A DNA stretch of 64,000 nt from Azolla caroliniana (Eukaryota > Plantae > Polypodiophyta): NCBI GenBank assembly GCA_043228905.1, contig JBHGNT010000014.1, forward strand, positions 9,052,001 to 9,116,000. Reading direction: 5' to 3'. Positions 52,801 through 63,800 of the stretch are shown piece by piece (position 1 is the stretch's first letter; each line of letters starts with the position of its first letter). Made by a program: the position numbers and the translations under genes. Below the pieces are notes generated by a model. It was not told the origin of the DNA. It made no database searches and was given only the letters and a program-made list of their open reading frames with translations.

Positions 52801-53944
52801 CCTCCGGAACGTGTCGAACATCCTTCAGCAGCATCTTGCATCCGGTTGATGTCATCAGCCACACGTCTCCTATACCGGCAATCCGGCATGTACCTTCATT
52901 TCCCATCCGGACACAGCCGTGCTCACCGGCTGTGTAGGATGAGAAGTATTTCTTCTCCGGGGTCAGGTGGAACGACGCTCCGGAATCGACCACCCAGGTC
53001 ATCTCTTCACCGGCAAGGTTCAGCTCCCTCTCTTCGGTAATGAGCATTATCTCTTCTTCACTTGCCGCGAGTGCCGTCGTTCCTTTCCGGTCCTGCCCTC
53101 GCCGATCCGGACCTCTCCGGTCCGTGGCTCCCCGGTATGCACCGTTTCTCTCCGGTGACTTCTTCGAATCGGTGTCGTCGGCTCCGTTGTCCTTTCGGTA
53201 ATGCCGACAATTCTTCCGGAAGTGCCCCGGCTTCCCACAGTGGAAGCATGTGGGCCTTCCTCTTGACTGCGACCGGGTCCCCGACTTCTCCCGTCTTTGC
53301 GGACTCCGGTTCCATTGTCTTCCCCGATCCGATTCGGTAAGCAGCATCTTCGGATCGGAAACCGGTTCTTTATCTCTCCGACGCGCTTCTTCGTTCAAAA
53401 TGCTTGTCTTTACCGTTTGTAGAGACAAGTTATCTTCGGTGCAGGAGGTGCTAAGAGTCACCACCAAGTTCTCCCAGCTTTCCGGCAATGTACACATCAG
53501 AATGATGGCTTGCATTGCATCCTCCAACGGGAACTTGATCGCCGCAAGCTGGTTCACGAGTCCCATGAACGTGCTCACGTGTTCCACCATATTCTCGCCG
53601 TCCCGGTACTTGAGGTTCACTATCTTCCTCATCAGGGAGGTCCGGTTCAACGCATTCTTCCTCTCGTAGAGGCCCGACAGCTTCTTCCACATCTCATATG
53701 CGTTGGTGTCGTTCGCCACATGTTGCAGGACGCTTACATCGACATATTGCCGAATCATCGCTACGGCTTTCCGGTTCAGGAGCTTCCACTCCGACTCTAT
53801 TACTCCCTTGGGTATCTCAGCACTGTCGATCGGTTCGTACAGGTCTCGGACGATGAGAAGGTCTTCCATCTTTATCTTCCAGTCGGCGTAGTTCTGTGAA
53901 TTCAACACCATCATGCCCGGAGGCCCACTACCGCCGCCTTCCAT
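49871..53944 (-). CDS. Gag-Pol polyprotein of J (1357 aa)
   Basis: ATG at 53944 just after the PBS. Knuckle CFHCGKPGHFRKNC, protease DSGAS, integrase HHCC and D,D(35)E, RT YVDD, RNase H. Copia domain order. Confidence 0.97.
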   Translation of the reverse strand: MEGGGSGPPGMMVLNSQNYADWKIKMEDLLIVRDLYEPIDSAEIPKGVIESEWKLLNRKAVAMIRQYVDVSVLQHVANDTNAYEMWKKLSGLYERKNALNRTSLMRKIVNLKYRDGENMVEHVSTFMGLVNQLAAIKFPLEDAMQAIILMCTLPESWENLVVTLSTSCTEDNLSLQTVKTSILNEEARRRDKEPVSDPKMLLTESDRGRQWNRSPQRREKSGTRSQSRGRPTCFHCGKPGHFRKNCRHYRKDNGADDTDSKKSPERNGAYRGATDRRGPDRRGQDRKGTTALAASEEEIMLITEERELNLAGEEMTWVVDSGASFHLTPEKKYFSSYTAGEHGCVRMGNEGTCRIAGIGDVWLMTSTGCKMLLKDVRHVPEVRLNLISAGRLDDEGYTGSIRNGVMKFSKGSLIVARARKINTLYLMNSRLCPEELNVAADTAGELWHKRLCHMSEKGMKRLAEDNLIPVKHVHLEKCTDCLAGKQNRTSFHSRPPTRRSAPLELVHTDVCQVETKSHGGAQYFVTFIDDHSRKLWTAPLKTKDQVLSVFKELHARVERESGKKLKAIRADNGGEYRGQFQEYCRSKGIRLEFTVPKTPELNGLAKRMNRTIMERVRSMLAHAKLPKGFWAEAMSTATYVINRSPSVPLDGDTPQKVWTGKEVSYRHLKVFGCLAYVHVPKDRRGKLDPKTRPCIFLGYGDDEFGYRVWDPVDKKIFRSRDIIFMEDKTLADWESEKKMKSSKSTGEDQLYEEQSRPARDRLALEDPAEDGEETEPAEEDETDTGTGPDPEMDSDEEETEQPVTEAPERRYPLRERRPPRRFLEPEHVLLTDEGEPESFEEAKLDTHSRRWLSAMQEEMDSLHENHTYELVELPKGKRALRNKWVFKLKPGDAGNPPRYKARIVVKGFQQKKGVDFDEIFAPVVKMTSIRTVLSIAASMDLEVEQMDVKTAFLHGDLEEEIYMQQPEGFEKKGKEHLVCWLKKSLYGLKQAPRQWYRKFDSFMTDEGYLKTQSDHCVFVKKFEGGDFLILLLYVDDMLIVGRDQVKIRMLKKALHRTFSMKDLGPARQILGMHIIRDRSKKQLWLSQEKYVTKVLHRFNMSEARPVGSTLPANCKLSSKQSPKTKAEKEDMMKVPYASAVGSLMYAMVCTRPDIGYAVGAVSRYMSNPGKEHWNAVKWILRYLKGTTNVCLRFGSGKPELDDFTDSDMSADADTSRSTSGYVMTYAGGVVSWQSRLQKTVALSTTEAEYMAAVEAGKEMIWMKDFIRELGIRQEEYRLYCDSQSAIHLAKNAAYHSRTKHIQRRHHWIRERIEDQEFVLTKIHTDENGSDMLTKVLTPDKLEACRKRIGLERHPMPK

Positions 53945-56900
53945 TTTCTGTGTTACCGTCGCTCTGATACCACTTTGTTGAACAACAGTGCTCGGCCACA
54001 ACCGAGGAATAGGATCGATTCACAGAAAACGGGAAATACACGAAATGCACGAAGACAATAGAGAGAAGAGTACACAGGATGTTTTACGTGGAAAACCCTA
54101 AATGGGAAAAACCATGGGAGTCCTCAAACTCCAACTATCACTATACACAGAGATGTACAATGGTGAAGCTACAAGGCAACAACCTTGAGCTCACTGCCTT
54201 CGCCACAGGCGGCGGTATTACACAGAGGCGTCGACCTCTTCGTTCCTCTCTCTCTCTCTCTCTCTCGGCTGCTCTCACTTTGCTCTCTCTCTTGGCTGAA
54301 AACATAAAAAATGAGCAACAACATTTAAACTGTTTGCCCTAAGTCATATTTATACACATATGACTTTCGGGCTATTTACAAATATAGCCTCAAGGGCTCT
54401 TGGCAAAACATATTCACAAATATATCCCCGCATCTGGATCTCTCTCCGGGTACATTCGTCATCCGGCTCCGTAACCGGGGTCTTCAGCATCCGGCTCCGT
54501 AATCGGGGTCTTCATCATCCGGCTCCGTAGCCGGGGTATTCATCATCCGGCTTCATGCCGGGTACTCTTCATCACCCGGTTCCGTAACGGCCTCCGGGCT
54601 TGCCGTCATTCATCTCCGGACATCCCATCCGGAGGGACCGAAATCCCAACACTATGGAGGAAGAAATGCGGCCACTTGATGTCAACAAGACATGGGACCT
54701 GGTTGACCCTCCTCGTCATTGTAAACCGATCGGATGCAAGTGGATATACAAGGTAAAGTACAATGCCGACGGTTCTGTTAACCGGTATAAAGCCCGGTTA
54801 GTGGCGAAGGGATACGCACAGACCCACGGAATCGACTACGACAAGACCTTCGCTCCGGTAGCGAAGATGACGACGGTTCATGTGGTGTTGGCGGTTGCTA
54901 CAGCAAGGGGGTGGCATCTTCACCAGATGGATGTGAAGAATACGTTTCTTCAGGGTGATCTTGAAGAAGAAGTCTTTATGACTCAGCCCCCCGGCTATCA
55001 ATCAGAGATGAACAAGTCGGCGGTATGCCGGTTGAAGAAGTCGTTGTACGGCCTGAAGCAAGCCCCTCGAGCTTGGAATGCGAAGATCACGCACCGGTTG
55101 CGTAAGATGGGGTTTGTGGCCTCCAAATCGGACTCTTCGTTGTTCATCCGACAAGGCTCAGCCGGCCTGGTATGTATACTATTGTATGTTGATGATCTGG
55201 TCATCACCGGACCAGGTGTTCCAGAAATCAACCGCGTCAAGTCCCTGTTGTCGAACACATTTGAGATGAAGGACCTGGGGGACCTTCATTATTTTCTTGG
55301 GATCGAGGTGATCTGAACCCCTGACGACATATTACTCTCACAACGACATTACGTCTTGAATATGTTGTACAAGTTCGGCATGACAGAATGCCGACCTGTC
55401 TCCACACCCTTGACCCAGACCCAGAAGCTCCGTCCCAACTCCGGACCGGCCTGCAACGAGAAATGGTTCTGACAAATTGTCAGAAGCCTTATTTACCTGA
55501 CTATCACACACCCTGACATCAGCTATCCGATCCGAATTATAAGTCAGTTCAAGTAGAAGCTGACCATGGAGCACCTTCAGTGCGCGCAACAGATACTGCG
55601 ATATGTAAGCGGCACGAAGGACCGAGGACTGTTATACCAGCGAGGTATAACCGAAGAGCTCGTCGGTTACACGGATGCCAACTGGGCTGGTGATGCATCA
55701 AATCGCCGATCAACCTCTGGTTACATGTTTTCCCTAGGTAGCGTGGCTGTTGCGTGGAGCAGCAAAAAGCAGCCAACAGTTGCTCTGTCGAGCACTTAGG
55801 CTAAGTATCGGGGCGCTACCATTGCCACCTGTGAAGCCATTTGGCTTCGACGACTGCTGCAAGACTTACGGATCGAGGTACCGATCCCGATTCTGGTCTA
55901 CTGCGACAACATAAGCAACATACAACTCGCCAAGAACCCTGTGTTCCATGCTCGCACGAAGCACATAGAAGTGCATTATCACTTTGTGCGTGAGCGGGTC
56001 CTGAGCGGTGAAGTTGAACTACGGTATGTTCGCATGGATCGGTAAGTTGCCGACATCTTCACCAAGTCGTTCGGATCAGACAAGTTGCAGCACTTTACCG
56101 ACATGCTTGGTGTTCAGCATCTCGACATGCCACACTTGAGGGAGAGAACGGGCATAGACACCGGAACGGGCAAAGGCAAAGAGACTGCCGATTGCGCCGA
56201 TGAGGGAAGAACAGAAGGCGGCAGAGTCAAGAAGGACAGAGCCGACCGAAGGAAGAAGGCCAAGACCCGAACAGGGTCCGATGTGGTGAAGGGCTTGGAA
56301 CCAGAAGATGAAGCTGGAGCAACCGATTCGGACAAGAGTTGGAACGAATCAGAGACAGTCGATTCGGTTCAAAAGACAGATTGGGAAGAACCGGATCAAT
56401 TCAAGGCCAAGCAGACACGGATGCAGCGGAAGTCGATGCCATCGCGGAGAAACCGACAGATCGATAAGCGCCGGAGTCATAGCAGTGAAGGAGTTGAGAG
56501 GGGCCTATTGAGCAGACATACCGACCGAGAAGGTCGAGGCGCGCAGAACAAGAGGGGTCACGGCAAATAGAACCGGACCGGACGAGGAGCGCGAGCAAGG
56601 CGAAGTGACGCCAGGAGAGGTTGGTTGGAAGAACCGGCTGCCACAGAGACTGACACTAAGATCCAACCTCAAGTTGAGCTTGAGGGGGAGTGCTGAGCGG
56701 CAAGCTCAACTGGAGCCGGATCAGCTGAATAAGCCTGAGCCAGCAAGCAAGACGGATCGGTAAACTGTGAGCAACCGAACCGGCAAGCAACAGAGTCGGT
56801 GAGCTGGGGAGCCGGTTAGCCGGATTCAATCAGTAACCGGAAGCCTAGTATTAGCGTAGACTAGTAGGCAATTATAGTCTCCTAGTAAGTGTCAGATGCT

Positions 56901-58283
56901 CGTGGGAGCATTGAAGTACGCGGAACTTCTGTAAGTCCCACGAGGACTTGTATAAATAATGCTACTGAGCATAGTTGAATGTACAGAGTGTTTTTATCAT
57001 TTTTGAATATAGCCTTGAAGTTCTGCTCTCTCTGTCTCTCCCGTGTACTCTATGTATTCCCTACCTTCTCTGTTTTCTAACGCTTCCGCAAGTAATTGTT
57101 TACAGCGGAGAATGAAACATGGGACCTAGTTGATGCACCCAAGGGTGTGAAGCCGATCAGATGTAGGTGGGTGTACAAGGTCAAGTACAACACCAACGGC
57201 TCGGTCAACCGATACAAGGCATGGTTAGAAGCGAAAGGCTATGTGCAACAACATAGCATCGACTACGATGAGACGTTTGCGTTGGTCGCAAAGATGACGA
57301 CCGTCCGTGTTTTGCTTGCGGTAGATGCGGTGAAGGGGTGGCACTCACATCAAATGGATGTCAAGAATGTGCTCCTGCAAGGCGAGCCTGAGGAACAGGT
57401 GTACATGGTACAACCCCCCGGATTTCACTCTGGAATGAACACCTCGGCGGTCTGCCGGTTGAAGAAGTCCCTTTACGGACTAAAGCAAGCCCCGCATGCT
57501 TGGAACGCAAAAATCACGCAGCGATTGTGTCGGATGGGATTTGCGACGTCCAAATCTGACTCTTCACTGTTCGTTCGGAAAGGTCGACTTGGGTCGGTTA
57601 GTATTTTACTTTATGTTGATGACTTGGTCATCACCGATGCCGACCTAGGTGAAATTGACCACGTCAAGCTCCAGCTCGTGGCATCATTTGACATGAAGAA
57701 CCTAGGGGACCTTCATTACTTCCTTGGGATCGAAGTGATTTGTGCCCCCGAAGGCGTATTGATCAGCCAACGTCATTACGTGCTGAATATGCTCTTCAAG
57801 TTTGGGATGACAGACTGTAAGCCCATCTTAACACCTCTGGATAGGAATGTGAAGCTTCACCCAGATTCGAGAAAAGCGTGCGACCCAACACGGTTCCAAC
57901 AGATTGTCGGAAACCTCATCTATTTGAGTATTACTTGGCCGGACCTCAATCACCCGGTCGGACTGATCAGTCAATTCATGTTGCGGCCAACGGCCAAACA
58001 CTTTCACTGCGTGCAAAGGATATTGCGATATGTCAGCGGCACGAAAGACATGGCGTTGCTATATCAAGCAGGCGTAGCCGAACAGTTAGTCGGCTACACG
58101 GATGCCGATTGGGCCGGAAATGCCCACGATCGTAGATCCACATCCGGAAACGCATTCTCTCCAGGAAGTGCGGCGATTGCGTGGAGCAATAAGAAGCAGC
58201 CGACAGTAGCACTGTCGAGCACCGAGGCCGAGTATCGAGGGGCGATTGTCACTATGTGCGAAGTCATTTGGCTAAAACGGTTA

Positions 58284-58316
58284 TTAGGGTTTAGGGTTTA
58301 GGGGGTTTAGGGTTTA
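58284..58316 (+). repeat. Interstitial plant telomere repeat, about 4.5 x TTTAGGG
   Basis: TTAGGG TTTAGGG TTTAGGGGG TTTAGGG TTTA. Confidence 0.9.
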
Positions 58317-58394
58317 ACAGTATCGAAAGGACTGACATTTTTTGTGGCCGAAAACAATACTTTTCTGGTACACCGTAGCGTGCTTCCACCCACC

Positions 58395-60398
58395 ACAAGA
58401 CGCAGGCCGATCACTGCGTGTTTGTGAAGAAATTTGACGGAGGAGATTGCCTGATACTCCTCCTATATGTGGATGATATGTTGATCGTCGAACGAGAGCA
58501 AGGCAAGATTTGGATACTGAAGAAGGCTCTGAACCGGACCTTCTCAATGAAAGATTTGGGTTCAGCAAGACCGATATTGGGAATGCACATCATTTGGGAC
58601 CAGTCAAAGAAGCTGTTGTGGTTGTTACAAGAGAAGTACGTGACAAAGGTGCTTCAACGGTTCAACATGTCGGAGGCAAAACCAGTCGGATCGACACTTT
58701 TGGCAAGTTGCAAGCTATCCGAAAAACAAAGCCCGAGGACAAAGGCAGAGAAGATGGATATGATGAAGATACCATATGCCTCTGTCGTCGGAAGCTTGAT
58801 GTACGCGATGGTATGTACCCGGCCAGATATCGGATATGCAGTCGGAGTGGTGAGCCGATTCATGAGCAATCCTGGAAGAGAGCACTAGAACGCGGTAAAG
58901 TGGGTACTCCAGTATTTGAAAGGCACCTCGAGTATGTGCCTATGATTCAGCTCCGGTAAACCCCTCTTGGAAGGCTTCACCAATTCGGATATGTCGACTG
59001 ATGCGGATACCAGCCGGTCTACATCTGGATATGTCATGACTTATGCAAGGGGAGTTGTTTCATGGCAGTTGACGTTGCAGAAGACGGTTGCGTTGTCAAC
59101 CATGGAGGCGGAGTACATGACAACTGTGGAAGTCGGCAAGGATATAATATGGATGAAGGTCTTTATCAGAGAGCTAGGGATCCGACATGAGGAATACCAG
59201 CTCTACTGCAATAGTCAAAATGTCATCCACCTTGCGAGGAACACGGCCTACCATTCCCGGACGAAACATATCAAGTGGAGGTACCACTGGATTCGGGAGA
59301 GAGTAGAAGATCAAGAGTTCGTGGTGACGAAGATCCACATGGAGGAGAACGGGTTGGATATGTTGACCACGGTGTTGACAACCGACAAGCTGGACACGTG
59401 CCAAATGCAGATTGGGTTGACGAGACATCCCATGCCGGAGTGAAGGGGGAGATTTTTGGGAAGTCGGTCCCTCCGGATGGGATCCGATTATGAATGAAGA
59501 GGACCCGATGACAACCGGATCGGATGGACCCGGTGAGAACCAGAAGAGAAGACATATTTGTAAATATGTTTTGGGTAAGCAAATTGAGGCTATATTTGCA
59601 AATAGCCCTAAGTTCATATGAGTATAAATATGACCTAGGGCAATCACAGAAGGGTGTGTTGTCATATTGTTTTAAGTGCATAATTGTTGTATAGAGAGAG
59701 GAGATACAGAGCGATATTCTGTTGTAACCACCACTTGGCGAAGATACAAAGCTTGAGGTTGTTGCCTCCGAGTCTCTGATTGTACCTTGCTTATATAGTG
59801 ATAGTTTGGAGTCTGTGGGCTCTCGTGGTTTTTCCCTATTAGGGTTTTATTGAGAATCAAGCTCAACATAGTGCAACGTGTGAACACACCTTTTAAGAAT
59901 CCATGATTACTCAAAGGTCAAGAGTCACACCACTACTCTCTACACATTAACTATGTGTCATAGAATTATATTCTATAACACATAACTAATGACTTACATA
60001 TTCCCCATGACTATGAGTCTTCACATTCCCCAAGAGAGAGAGTGGTTGTTGTAAGTTAATGAAGAGAGAGGGTGACTCTATATAAAGCACCCTCCTCATA
60101 CTTCATACTAAGTCGGTTGTGACTCCTTATTATGCTACATTTTGTAATTCTTATTCTACTTGTGAAATATACACCTTCTTCTTGAGTATTCCATTTTCTA
60201 TCTATCTTGTGTTCTCTCATCTCTCCTCTAATTCCTCTCACACATACACATAACACACATCTCTTCCGCTACACAAGAATCATACCCGATTCTTTATAGG
60301 TTTTCTACGTAAACATCCTGTGTCATCTCTATGTTAGTTTGTTTTTCTTCCATTTGTTGTTTAAGTCTCGGTTGTGGCCAAGCGCTATTTTCCTCACA
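58395..60398 (+). mobile_element. Copia element K, 5'-truncated older relative of J
   Basis: RT/RNase H closely parallel J (DHCVFVKKFDGGD...YVDDM...RHPMPE). PPT GAAGGGGGAG. 3' LTR 59454-60398, split by a solo LTR. Confidence 0.92.
59848..60298 (+). mobile_element. Solo LTR of the B/G family inside the K LTR
   Basis: T(A)TTGAGAATCAAGCTCAAC...TCTTTA(T)A with perfect TSD GGTTT. Similar to the reverse complement of 2213-2606. Confidence 0.9.
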
Positions 60399-60899
60399 TG
60401 GTTTAGTTCAGTGGAGTGCGGATCAACAGGGTGTTGTCTTCTCTCTTCACCGGATAAGATCTTGTAAGTTGCCGATCAGAAGATTTCAATCCGACTGAAA
60501 TTTGGAATTTGTTCTAGTACTTGAATCGACTTAGAGTCTTCAAGGAGTTGAGACCAAGGATGTTGTGGAAGATAAAACCTTGCTATGATACAATATATTG
60601 GGGATTGAGGCCGTTAGTGCGGAACAAGAACAACGTTATGTAATGAAGAACAAAATGTGATGATGAGAGAAGAAAGCTAAGGTGAATAGATCAAGCAAGA
60701 CAACTTAACAAGGATCAAGATCAAAGAGACAGAATGTGAGAGAGACAGAGAAGCACATTCCAAACATTACAATCAAAAGAAATGGCAACAACATCCTCGG
60801 TGAACTAGGTTACAAAAGGCAGTTATATATCAACTAGGCTAGGGCAACTACCCTTCGACATATTTACAAATATATCTTAAAGCTAGTTTGTCCAGGTGG

Positions 60900-63800
60900 G
60901 ACGGTGTGAACATGACCATTATACACACGTATTCGACACCCCCATCACCCTGAAGCCTTTTGGTTGTGACATGTAGATGTCCTCTTCCATATCTCCGTGA
61001 AGGAATGTCGACTTGACGTCCAGTTGCTCGAGCTCAAGATCTTCCATTGCTATGACTCCGAGTAGAAGGGTCGTGATCTTGACTACGGGAGAGAAAATCT
61101 CGTCATAGTCAACGCCATGTTCTTGTAAAAAGATGAAAGAGAAACCTTTCCTTCCGTGGCAATGAGTTGAGCTTTGTATTTGGGTTTGTCTGAACCAAAT
61201 ACATATTTGTACCTGTATACCTATTTGCAAGGCAGAGGCTTCCTTTCAGTTGGCAATTCGACTAGCTCCCATATGTTGTTCTATTGGATTGTGTCCATTT
61301 TGCATCGCATTGCTTGTTGCCATGTTTCGGCATCTGGTATAGTGGTGGCTTCTTCGTATGAGCTCGATTCCCTTGCATCCGTATAGTTGATGTAGTCCAT
61401 GCCCATTTGATAGAACTCTATCGGCTTTCGGACTCATTTGGATCTCCTCGGTTCCAAATTGTTAGGTTCGGATTCTTTGACCTGAGCGCTTGGCTAGTCA
61501 GCATTCTATGAACGCTTGTCCGATGGAGATTTATTTGGGGGTCCGCTCTAGCAATGATCTTGCTCATGTGTCGGATCTACCCCTTCCTCGGGAATATTCG
61601 ACTAGTGAGTTGGTGCCTTGGCTTGTTCGGATCGGTCATTTGGCATCGTGGCCGATTTCGCATTGCTTGTTGCCATGTTTCGGCATCTGGTATAGTGGTG
61701 GCTTCTTCGTATGAGCTTGGTTCTCTTGCATCCATATAGTTTATGTAGTCCAAGCCCATTTGATAGAACTCCATCGGCTTTCGGACTCATTTGGATCTCC
61801 TCGGTTCCAAATTGTTAGGTTCGGATTCTTTGACCTGAGCGCTTAGCTAGTCAACATTCTGTGAACGCTTGTCTGATGGAGATTTATTTGGGGGTTCGCT
61901 CTAGCAATGATCTTGCTCATGTGTCGGATCTACCCCTTCCTCGGGAATATTCAACTAGTGAGTTGGTGCCTTGGCCTGTTAGGATCAGTCATTTGGCATC
62001 ATGGCTGATTAGGCCCTAGTCATTTTTTAAGCCAATTGTAATTCCGCTATTGAACCATTTGTTGATTTGGGTTCGGTTGGAGGGTTGTTGGCTGAATTAG
62101 AATCGACATACGGCATTTCGGCCTCAAAATCAGATTGGGCGAGATCAAAATTGACTCTCTTGCTGATTCGAGGCTAGGATTGGCCCAAGATGATTGAGTT
62201 TGCATTGAAGACAACAATGATGCTCTAGATCAATTTTCGGTTCTCTAGGTTCCATAGCCGGTAGCCGAAGTCCCCATCCATCCCATATCCAAAAAAAAAA
62301 CTTTTGTCGAATGGGGTGTCAGCTTGGTTCGTTTCTCCCTTGGTATGTATGTGAAGTCGATTGTAGGTCGACTGCTTTCCTGACCATAGCACCTACTTGA
62401 AGCCCAATTTCTTTTGAAGACGATAAATGTATCAAATAGATAACCACTTGCAATGCTTCTGCCCAGAACTCCAACTTCAATCCTGCTTGCTAGAGCATTG
62501 TCGTCACTCATTCTTGGATTGTCCAGTTAATCTGTTCGGCTACACCATTTTGCATTGGGGTGTAGGGAGCGTCCTTTGGTACCAGATTCCTTTCTCGGAC
62601 AAGTATTTGGTGAAAGCTTTGGAGGTGTATTCTCCTCCATTGTCTAAACGAACGTGATGAAATACAATGAGCGGCCTAGCTCGATCTTTCCAACATCGGT
62701 CCGCAAATGTCAGTGTGAATCCGTTCTAGGGGTTGTCATACCGTCTCATAGTGAACTGAGTGTGGACTTCGGGTCTATTTCCTTTATCGGCAATGCTCGC
62801 AGAAGTTAGTCTCAACATAGTGGAGCTTTGGTATGTAGCCAATTGCCGATAATCATTCCAATTCGGTTTGCGACATTTGGTCAAGTCAACCATGCCACAA
62901 CGATGTTGTCGGCACTTCGGCTATGTTCAGTGATCCCTCTAAACTGATCAGTCTGAGTAGGTATAGGTTGTTGTACTTCACACCATGGCCGATTCTCAGA
63001 TTTCCTCTTGTAATATGCCATGATGACTCGTTCAATGTCGTCTTGTACCCGTCTTCAGCTAACATGCCGATGGAGACCAGTCTTGGGTATATGCCAAACA
63101 TGGTGCATGGTGATCGTACTTCCATTCGACAACGAATTGGGATTTCAACGATTCCAACGATTTGACACTCTTGCCCATTGTCGAGTCAGATTGAGTCGTC
63201 GTCTCTGACCAAATAGTCGGAAAACCATTCACGGTGGGGGTCACGTGGAATGTGGCACCCGAATCGAGAAGCCACATTCGTGCATCTTGTGCATTGTACA
63301 TTATCTCTCTAGTCGACGAGTCTTCAAGTGCGAGAACTTGTCCTGACTAGGATTCGGCAACATTAATTTGGTTGTCGGATGGGGGGTGATTCGATTCAGA
63401 AGAGCCTGCATCCCGATCAAATTTATGACCATTCCCCTTTTTGTTGATTGACCAATAGTCGGCAATGTTGTGGTTGGCTTTTCTACAATGTGTGCAGTAG
63501 GCATTCAGCTTGGCGTTCTGCGACTTTGATTGTGGACGATTATTTCTCCTTCTTGGTCAGCTAGGATCGTAGACGGTTCGTTGGGCCATTTCATCGGAGA
63601 TGTGTGCTTTGGCATTGTCATCGATGGTGAGTTCCATCGACTTTCTTCAAAGCTCTCCTAATAAGATCTATCTGATTGCTTCATTGAGCTATTTATGACG
63701 CTCGTATTGAAGACTTCCCAACTTGTCATGAGGCTTGAAAGGAGTGCAAGTGCCTTGATTTCTTCCTCAAAATCTAGGCCTTGCGAGGAGAGTTTGGTCA

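Larger units (their letters stand above)
49185..54651 (-). mobile_element. Intact young copia element J (Tork/Tnt1-like)
   Basis: TSD CTATG. 676-bp LTRs 49185-49860 and 53976-54651 with about 4 transitions by eye. iMet PBS 53961-53972. PPT about 49861-49872. Single uninterrupted ORF. Confidence 0.98.
45905..57104 (+). mobile_element. Copia element I, full length but pseudogenised, host of J
   Basis: TSD GCGGA. 414-bp LTRs 45905-46318 and 56691-57104. PBS 46319. PPT GAGGGGGAG 56682-56690. All domains present with scattered stops. LTRs differ by several percent. Confidence 0.96.
43237..58283 (+). mobile_element. Copia element H, host of I and J; 3' end lost at a telomeric tract
   Basis: 5' LTR 43237-43705, PBS 43706. 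Gag and integrase have internal deletions, with protease removed at about 44448. Split at RT start by I. RT/RNase H resumes at 57110 and runs to VIWLKRLL at 58283. Confidence 0.9.

Noticed and set aside
49976-53899. Many plus-strand ORFs of 60-190 aa opposite the J polyprotein
   Set aside because: Expected antisense shadows of a GC-rich long ORF. No recognisable motifs.
53945-54001. ORF-track start of the 1376-aa J ORF inside the LTR
   Set aside because: It is a non-ATG start upstream of the PBS. The ATG at 53944 is the plausible start.
56085-56570. Interpreting the post-RNase H region as an env-like gene
   Set aside because: It is in frame with Pol, hydrophilic, and has no transmembrane segment or separate start.
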